From positions 288,114,001 through 288,178,000 of the forward strand of contig OZ024741.1 in NCBI GenBank assembly GCA_964016885.1: 64,000 nt of DNA, written 5' to 3'. Below the pieces are notes generated by a model, which ran no database searches, had not been told where the DNA came from, and saw nothing but the letters and a program-made list of their open reading frames with translations. Source of the DNA: Eledone cirrhosa (taxonomy: Eukaryota). Below, piece after piece: positions 54,441 to 64,000 of this stretch (positions are counted from its first letter, which is position 1; every line of letters starts with the position of its first letter). A program made the position numbers and the translations under genes.

Positions 54441-56300
54441 TCCTGCGGGCATCATTCACCTTTTAATACTTTCATTTAATTGTTTAAGATTAAACTCAAT
54501 CTCTTATTGTTAATTATATTTATCTAATTATTGAAATTGCAATGTACAATTTCCTTTGAACTCTTAACATTCTCTACTACTTGAAACTACATTACCAAGA
54601 CATACTTGAAAAGCACAAAACATCTCTCTATGACGACATAACATTAAAAATTGCAGTGTTTACTCTAATACTCTGAATTTTTACAATGATCATCCATTAC
54701 TAAAGATGCTAGACATTTCAACATCAAACACACTTTTTTGATATTTTCTGCTAAATCATTATAAGTTAAGAATTAAACCATCAATTAATTTTTTTTTTTA
54801 TTAAGTTGCATTTTTTAAATGTGTTTAACTTTATGATAATTTGTTCTTTAAGTACTTCTATTTGAATAAATAGCAAGTTTATATACAAAATAATTTTATT
54901 TTAATATCACTTAGTCAACGACTATAGTTTCAGGGAACATGAGATTGATGGAAGGGAGGAAAGTATCCTTAAACTGGGAACTTGGCCTGACTACTTGCAA
55001 CAGAATGGAGTCTGCTAAAAGCACCTAAGGGTCAGGTGGTGGTGTTAAGCCAGATAAAAGATTAAATCTACTACTCAAGCGGACCATAGTGAAATTTAAT
55101 CTCAGAACAGAAAGAACCAGAACAAATTATGATTTAGGTATAAGGTCAACAATTTTGGGAGGAGAGAAAAGTCGATTTATTTGACCCTGGTGCATTACAG
55201 GTACTTTATCCCTGTAAGAATAAAAGGCAAAGCTAACCTCAGAGGGTTTTGAACTCAGAAAATAAAGGGACGTAACTCTATGCTGCAAAGTATGTTGTCC
55301 AATGCTCTACTCATATTGCCAATCGACTGCCCTCAGAACAAACAATGCAAGGTATCCCATCCCATATGATTCAACTAACAATTCAACTAATCCTTCACTC
55401 AGGGTTGGTACCTTATTTATTGAGTCCAGAAGCATGAAAAGCCAAGATGACCTCAGTGAGATTTGAACTCAGAATACATACCTCAAGGTATGTTTGCTTG
55501 ATAGTCAAACAATTCTGTTAATTCATTGCTTGACTATACAAACCTGCATTTTTATTCCGTCTACATTGTAATCCAGAATAACTTTGCCTTTCATCCTTTC
55601 AAAGTACCAGTTCAACACTCGAGATGGTTCTTCCTCTATATCTCTTTCTCACGTTGTCTCTATGATTTTCACTCAACTTCTTTGAAAGAAATCAGCTGTG
55701 TTCAGACATGGAGAGGGGAGGAGCTCTGTCAAGTTTTAAAATGCCAAAGACATTCTATAAATCACTATGGTGCCCCTACTACTACATCAATAGTTACAGT
55801 TACATACAAACATGTTTTCTTCAAATACTTGACTATATTTAATTAGATAAATGTCATTGTTTTAAATGTAACCAATCTGTCCTCAATAATGACAAGTAAT
55901 TTACATAAATACATTTTGATTTGCTACAACTCTGCAAAAGATACTGGTATTTAAAGTTATATACATTGTATATTTATGTTTTTGTATGTTTAACTAAGTA
56001 GAGACAATTCTATCAGATTTATTTATTTTCTGGCTGCATTCAATACAATGTGTATGTGTGTGTGTCAGTCATCATTATCACAGTTTAATATCTATTTTCT
56101 AAACTTGCATGGGTTAGATGGAGTGTCACATTCTGAGGCTTGACAGGTCAGGTGATCACATTTTGCTCATTCAATGTGTTTTGGGCTTGGTTTTCTACAG
56201 CTAGATCCCTATTCTAATGCCAACCACATTTCAACTTTTTTCCTAGCACTGCCACCAAAACCCCATTATAACAACAATACACACACATGTATATAACATA

Positions 56301-56344
<44 letters not shown>

Positions 56345-57278
56345 TGACATTCTTAATCATAATTTTTAAGAAAAAATGTTATCTGCATATATATATATAT
56401 ATATATTATATAACCGTCTCTTTGCATATCTTAGTAAGTCCATGATTTTATTGAAATGTCAATATACACACACTATAAAATCCATCTGCTCAGTATGTCC
56501 TTAATATATATATATATTTTATTTTACTTCTACTGTTTGTTTTTTACTTCTACTATTTGTTTTTAGGCAGCCTTCTAATTCCACCTGATTTCCTTCATGT
56601 GACAACAAACAAAAAACACTAAGATTATTATTATATCTACCAGGCAGTTAATTGGCAGAATTGTTGGGGTATTGGATAGAATGATTTGTAGTATTTATTC
56701 CAACTCCTTATGCTCTGAGTTCAAATCCTGCTGAGCCCAACTCTACCTTTTATCTTCGCAAAGTCGATAAGTGAAGTACCATGTTTGGTACTGTGGTAAA
56801 TTCTTCTCTTTTTTGTCCTTGGATGAAATTAGCTATCGTTAGACCTGGATGGGTGGCACTTGATTTATAACACCCAAGACAAGGTGTGTGTCACAATGAT
56901 GCCCCTATAACTTGTTTAAGTGTAAGAGCACCCAGTGACCATTGATATACATCACACACACACACATCTTTCTCCCCCTCTCTCTCACACACAACACATC
57001 TCTTTCTCACACGCACTTTATAACTGGGGTCCCTATCATTAAAACACCAAAGAAACCTATGAAATACAACTTCAGAGGAGGCCAGCTAAACCTATGCAGG
57101 TGTGGACAATAACATATCCCTTCATGTTGTAAGGAGCAACTAAAGGGGTTAGATTCAGGAAGGGCATCTAGTCCTAAAAATGTCCCTTTCAATCTATGTC
57201 AACAGATGTAAAAATCATGATAGTAATGTATATTATTATTTTGATTCGTGGAGAAACTTTTTAGTATGTTGAATCTTG

Positions 57279-59390
57279 TGGAGGTAGCATGGGCAAATGG
57301 TTAAGAGGTTCATTAGGTTCCAAGTTTGATCCCACTGAGTGGCATTGTGAGCATATGTCATTTATCATAGACTTGGATCAACTCTTGATTTCACCGAGTG
57401 ACATATGCTTGAGTCAGCCCTTGATCCCACTGAGTGGCATTGTGAGCATATGTCATTTATCATAGACTTGGATCAACTCTTGATTTCACCGAGTGACATA
57501 TGCTTGAGTCAGCCCTTGATCCCACTGAGTGGCATTGTGAGCATATGTCATTTATCATAGACTTGGATCAACTCTTGATTTCACCGAGTGACATATGCTT
57601 GAGTCAGCCCTTGATCCCACTGAGTGGCATTGTGAGCATATGTCATTTATCATAGACTTGGATCAACTCTTGATTTCACCGAGTGACATATGCTTGAGTC
57701 AGCCCTTGATCCCACTGAGTGGCATTGTGAGCATATGTCATTTATCATAGACTTGGATCAACTCTTGATTTCACCGAGTGACATATGCTTGAGTCAGCCC
57801 TTGATCCCACTGAGTGGCATTGTGAGCATATGTCATTTATCATAGACTTGGATCAACTCTTGATTTCACCGAGTGACATATGCTTGAGTCAGCCCTTGAT
57901 CCCACTGAGTGGCATTGTGAGCATATGTCATTTATCATAGACTTGGATCAACTCTTGATTTCACCGAGTGACATATGCTTGAGTCAGCCCTTGATCCCAC
58001 TGAGTGGCATTGTGAGCATATGTCATTTATCATAGACTTGGATCAACTCTTGATTTCACCGAGTGACATATGCTTGAGTCAGCCCTTGATCCCACTGAGT
58101 GGCATTGTGAGCATATGTCATTTATCATAGACTTGGATCAACTCTTGATTTCACCGAGTGACATATGCTTGAGTCAGCCCTTGATCCCACTGAGTGGCAT
58201 TGTGAGCATATGTCATTTATCATAGACTTGGATCAACTCTTGATTTCACCGAGTGACATATGCTTGAGTCAGCCCTTGATCCCACTGAGTGGCATTGTGA
58301 GCATATGTCATTTATCATAGACTTGGATCAACTCTTGATTTCACCGAGTGACATATGCTTGAGTCAGCCCTTGATCCCACTGAGTGGCATTGTGAGCATA
58401 TGTCATTTATCATAGACTTGGATCAACTCTTGATTTCACCGAGTGACATATGCTTGAGTCAGCCCTTGATCCCACTGAGTGGCATTGTGAGCATATGTCA
58501 TTTATCATAGACTTGGATCAACTCTTGATTTCACCGAGTGACATATGCTTGAGTCAGCCCTTGATCCCACTGAGTGGCATTGTGAGCATATGTCATTTAT
58601 CATAGACTTGGATCAACTCTTGATTTCACCGAGTGACATATGCTTGAGTCAGCCCTTGATCCCACTGAGTGGCATTGTGAGCATATGTCATTTATCATAG
58701 ACTTGGATCAACTCTTGATTTCACCGAGTGACATATGCTTGAGTCAGCCCTTGATCCCACTGAGTGGCATTGTGAGCATATGTCATTTATCATAGACTTG
58801 GATCAACTCTTGATTTCACCGAGTGACATATGCTTGAGTCAGCCCTTGATCCCACTGAGTGGCATTGTGAGCATATGTCATTTATCATAGACTTGGATCA
58901 ACTCTTGATTTCACCGAGTGACATATGCTTGAGTCAGCCCTTGATCCCACTGAGTGGCATTGTGAGCATATGTCATTTATCATAGACTTGGATCAACTCT
59001 TGATTTCACCGAGTGACATATGCTTGAGTCAGCCCTTGATCCCACTGAGTGGCATTGTGAGCATATGTCATTTATCATAGACTTGGATCAACTCTTGATC
59101 CCACTGAGTGACATCATGAGCATGTCATTGATCATAAACCTGAATCAACCCTTTATCCTACTGAGTGAAATAGGCTTGGATCAACCCTTGATTCTAATGA
59201 GTAACATCATAAATCTGGGTTAACCCATGATCTCACTGAGTGACATCATGATCATATGTCATTTATCATAGGCTTGGGTCCACCCTAGATCCCACTGAGT
59301 GACATCAGGAGTATATGTCATTTATAATAAACTTGGGTTGACCCAAGCCTTGTGAATGAAACTGTAGACAGAAACTATTGGAAGTCTGTC
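57279..59390 (+). mobile_element. tRNA-type SINE whose middle has expanded into a tandem array
   Basis: Head ggaggtagcatgggcaaatggttaagag before the array; tail gacccaagccttgtgaatgaaactgtagacagaaact after it. Confidence 0.6.
57326..59095 (+). repeat. Perfect 95-bp tandem repeat, 18 full copies plus a partial; diverged subunits continue to ~59340
   Basis: ttgatcccactgagtggc starts at 57326, 57421, 57516 ... 59036; no differences seen between full units. Confidence 0.97.
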
Positions 59391-61595
59391 AATGAATAGT
59401 ACCAGTAATTCAAAGGAGAAGCCATGTCACACACACTGTGTCATGCTGAATCTTCTTGAGAATTAAATTAAAGGTACATGTGTTTATGGAATGCTCAGCC
59501 ACTTATTAATTTCATGAGCAGTCTGTTTCATTAATTGAGCAACTGGAATACTCTTTGTTAAAGTTGACATCCATTCTAGGAGCATCAATTATATCAATAC
59601 TATGTATTATAGGTTGTTAGAGTATCAAGGAGTAGAAAACCTGCCAAACTATGTATCAAGAGGACTCTTCAGCTGTTATTAAGAACTTCCTTAGTGTTGG
59701 TGCCATGATAAAATGCACTTGGTAGAGCACGAGATCCTATGTTAGGACCCTGGCCTACTTGTACATCAGTGCCTCTGCTTGAATACTGACTGGTCTGTAA
59801 TGACATGTCCAATTCTTGCTAGCAAGGAAAGCAGATGTCAAATGACGATAATGACGATGAAGTAGTAGTAGTAGTAGTAGTAACAGCAGCAGCAGCTACA
59901 ACATTACTTTGTACTACAGTTTGACTTACTGAAAAAAAAAAACACACAAAAAAAGTTATATTGTGTTTTATGTTTTGTCTTTGATTAAAAAATATTGTAT
60001 TCCAGTTTGAACAACAAAGACTATTTGTAATGTCTATTTCACAGCTGAGAGAGGAACAGCAGCAATCTGTAAAAATAATTGACATAGATGACGATGTATA
60101 GATTGATGTATGCAAAAAAATAATAATTCTCAATAGATTGAATTTTCTCTTCTTAGTTGGAGACAGAAAACTAAAGAAATACAAAAGAGATAATGATCTG
60201 CGACTAACAGAGCATACTTTGTACATTTTAAACATAGATGCAAATTAGTTAATAATGATTCACTTATCCACTACTTCTCTACTTCCTGAATAAATATTAT
60301 GATTGACAACAGAAATAAAAACAAAATGTTGATGAAATGACATCGTATGGCAGATATTTTTATGTGTATGGGGAGAGGGGAGTGTTTTTAGGTGTTTGTG
60401 TATTTTACAATATGCATGTAAAAAAAATAATAAACAGATAGGTTGGCACAGGTAGTTTAAAAAAACAAAAGTGTGATGAGGGAGGAAATGTGGAGTAAAT
60501 AGCTGCGATAATTTCTGGGTCTAATGATGATGATTATCATCAACACTGTTTACCAATTCTTGCATGGGTTAGACAGGTTGTCAAGTTATGAGGCTAGACA
60601 GGTCAGGTGACTACACCTTGCTCATATGATCTATCATTGGCTTGCTTTTTTTATGCTGAATGCCCTTCCTAATTCCAACCATGTTGACTAATTGATTAAA
60701 AAAAGAAAATATGGCAAGCTGTAGTGAATTCAAAAAAGTTAAATAGAAACAAAGAACAAAATACTGAATGAAAACAAAAACAACAATTGGTTTTTTAAAA
60801 AAAAGGTAAAAATAATGAGAGTGTGAAGAAAGTGGAAGGTGAATTGGTTTTTTGGTAAGCAAAGTAAGAATGTGAAACTGTGATTGACACAAGGAAGAGG
60901 GAAAAGGAAGAATTTTCGTAGAACTTCTTACAGGCTTTAAATAGATTTTTCTTGTTGGCACCAAAAATATATTTCATGAACGAAAGAGAGAAAAAAAAAA
61001 ATCAAAAAATGAAAAACAAATAGGTATTTTGGCTCTATGCATGTGTCTAAGTACGTGTATGTAGGCATGTGTGTATGCCTATATATATATATATATATAT
61101 ATATACATACATGCATATGTGTGTGTATATGTGCATTTGAGTGTGTGTGTGTTGTTGAGAAATGTGTACAAGGTTGTGTGGTATATACTTATGTCTTTAT
61201 AATTATGTATATACATGAGGTGTTATTATGTGTGAGTATGTGTTTATATGTATGTATGTATTTACATGTGTGTATGTATGATTTTACGCGTGTTTAAGTA
61301 TTTTTATGTAGATGTGTTTGTATATGAGTATGCATGTGAGTGTATATATTTGTACATGTGCACATGAGGTTGTGTGTTTCATGTCTTAGAGGAGGTAGGG
61401 TAGTACCCATGACAGTTTTCAATGCCTCCGTGACTGAAGTGGAAGTTATTTTCAAAAACAGAGTTGGGATGAATGCCAACTACATTGTGGACTATATTAA
61501 GGACCCCCACCCCCCTCACCAAGCTGTATGTGGTGGGATTAAACTTGATAATGGAAGCTTAAGTCTCCCAGCAAAATCCTGTAGGGTGTCCTGAT

Positions 61596-62442
61596 ATCAT
61601 CATCATCTTCATTTAACGTCTACTTTCCACGCTAGCATGGGTTAGATGGGAGTTGTCCCACTTGAGGCAAGGTTTGGTCGGGTGACTGTGTCTCACTCAT
61701 ATAGGACTATCTGGCAGGTTTTCTACGGCTGGACGCCCTTCCTAACACCAACCACATTTACAGTGTGGAACTGGGAACATTTTACCCCGTTACCTACATG
61801 GCCACATTACAGCGTGTGTGTTTTTTTCTCGTGACACCTACATGATCTTGATCTCATTTATTTGGACTGGATGTTATGGTACCAACTTTATAGAGAGAGG
61901 GTGGTGTTGGTGGGAGTGGGAGGATAGGGTAGGGGTAGTGGATTGGGGTGTATATTTGGTTAAGAGGTGCCTACTGACTGTAGGTTTCGTTTTGTACATG
62001 GGCAAGGCGGATCTTCTGTATTACTGCATAGCGCCAAAGATCTCGGTCCAGTGACATTGTCTTAGAGAGGTGTAAGTGTGTAAGGTTGGAATTTATCAAG
62101 TCGTCCCAGATTTTTTTCTGGGTCTACCTACTCCGTAACTACCATCAATTTTGATCGCCCTGCACTTTTTTTATACAGCTGTCGTCTTTCATGCGCATCA
62201 CGTGGCCATACCAACGTAGTCTTCTCTCGAGTAAACAGCATCTGATCTCTCTTATTCCTAATTTCTCACTTAGTTCACTTATGCTTTGCTGTTCACGTAT
62301 ATTACTATTACACATCCAACGGAGCATGCATGCTTCGTTCCTTTCCAGTCTACGCAGGTCCTCTGCACGCAATGCCCATGTCTCACTGCCATGTAGCATT
62401 GCTGTTCGTATGCAGGCATCATACAATCTGCCTTTCATTTTT
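61596..62442 (-). mobile_element. RTE family 2, older 5'-truncated copy
   Basis: KMKGRLYDACIRTAMLHGSETW...RLRWYGHVMR plus 3'UTR; 5' end abuts (TA)n. Confidence 0.9.
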
Positions 62443-62503
62443 ATATATATATATATAAATAGTAAATAACTATATGGTTGTATCAAACACACACACATAT
62501 AAA

Positions 62504-62823
62504 TAAAAGATTGGAGGCCATATTCAGTTCGTTCAGGTTTATTTAAAACTCCATTATATATGGTTCACTGAGGACTATCAGTTTAGATAGCCTGGGCTCT
62601 TCAGACGGCAAAACCTAAAATAAACATTGTAAGTTCCCAATAAACCTTTAAATTTGGAAAAATCCAATAATTTCCCCACCAAAAATGTTCTTTTCATGAT
62701 ACAGGGGCCAAATGTGTGGTGTTGTTTCTTCGACGGACGGCCCCTGTATCAGCCCTCAGTGAAATTTGTATAACAGAGTTTTAAATAAACTCGAACTAAC
62801 TGAATATGGCCTCTGATCTTTTA
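62504..62823. repeat. Inverted-repeat element with an internal hairpin
   Basis: 62504-62573 is inverted at 62754-62823; perfect inner stem tgatacaggggcc/ggcccctgtatca (62697-62751). Confidence 0.7.
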
Positions 62824-63447
62824 ATTAATATATAGCCCCATCGTGTACCATTTATACAGGTTGTTGAATGCTTCTTTTTATCTGCTTCACAACTGACAGA
62901 TCATAATGTGATCAGTACACCCCTATTCTTTTAACCCCATACTCTAATATATATATATATATACACACACTTATGTAATATATATATATATATATATATA
63001 TATACTTATGGTAAACATGTTGACTATTTGGGGTTGTGTATGTAATGCACCAATCAGTGAATAATGATGCAATTTGATTTAAGCACCCAACATCATGTAT
63101 TTTCTTACAAATATGATTTGTCAGTCAGGAAACAGACTTTGGCTATGAAAACATAATCTCTGTATGTTCCATTGCATTTAGATTGGATTTCCTTGAAAAT
63201 GGAACCCTATTACATAAGATGCTGTCTGATGATATCGTGTGACTGGTTGTATTAATTGAACAATCATGTAGCCACAATTATCATTGAAATATGTATCACA
63301 GTTGTGTTAATAAAGGACTTTTTAACATCTACACCGAACTTCCCATTTTCCTCATTCTATATATATATATGCAAAAAGCAAACAGAAATAACAAAGCAAA
63401 TGACATAGTACAATGAAGAAATATATTAGTTTTACACTTGAAATAAA

Positions 63448-63663
63448 AAACAGTCCACGCTATAATGTGGCCGTGTAAGTAACACAGTAAAAAGTTCCCA
63501 GTTCCACACTGGAAGGGCATCCAGCCGTAGAAAACCTGCCAGATAGTCCTACATGAGCGAGACATGGTCACCCGACCAACCTTGCCTCAAGTGGGACAAC
63601 TCCCGTCTAATCCATGCTAGTGTGGAAGATAGACGTTAAACGATGATGATGATGATGATGATA
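63448..63663 (+). mobile_element. 3'UTR-only copy of RTE family 2 with an internal deletion
   Basis: acagtccacgc...gaagggcatccagcc...gacgttaaacgatgatgat. Confidence 0.85.
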
Positions 63664-64000
63664 TTAGTTAAAGAATCTTAAAGTTTCAGAAGCTAGTCCT
63701 TCATCAGAAAATAGAATGAGAAATTGAAGATGAAATAGAAAGATAGAGGAGAGTGAGCAGTGGTAAAAATGGATAAAAATTTCATTGAGAATAAACAGGT
63801 ATATTCAGGTTGCCCTCTCATATATATATATACATATATCTATACAAAATACACATATAGTTAACTCAAGTGAAATTGCCAGCAAGAATATTAAGCTTGA
63901 GTTGTTTATGTTATTACAGATAGAAATATAGAGGAGAAGAGTTTTTTAAGAGAAGAAGAAAATAGTATATTTAACAAATTAAGATGACGGCTAAAAGTTC

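Noticed and set aside
57326-59095. CRISPR-like regular array
   Set aside because: Units are fully identical with no unique spacers, the context is eukaryotic and there are no cas genes.

Overview
AT-rich animal genomic DNA; the repeat families look like those of Octopus/coleoid cephalopods (inference from pattern recognition). The only host gene seen is the 5' part of a spliced, minus-strand N-acetylglutamate synthase (NAGS)-like gene: 5 phase-compatible coding exons at 687-10119. The rest is a dense transposon landscape. From about 14 to 51 kb, very long (TA)n/(TATACA)n arrays host one intact RTE LINE (1022 aa: APE, RT and an inserted PHD-like finger), several copies of a second RTE family, two near-identical inverted CR1/L2-type 3' fragments, a Helitron 3' half, a Naiad-like Penelope element with ~0.9 kb inverted terminal repeats carrying hammerhead-like motifs, and a bipartite tRNA-SINE partnered with the intact RTE. 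Downstream are a hAT transposase remnant, a 40-bp minisatellite and a perfect 95-bp tandem array that arose inside a SINE. A 200-N assembly gap lies at 35543-35742. All family assignments are from motif recognition; no database search was run.
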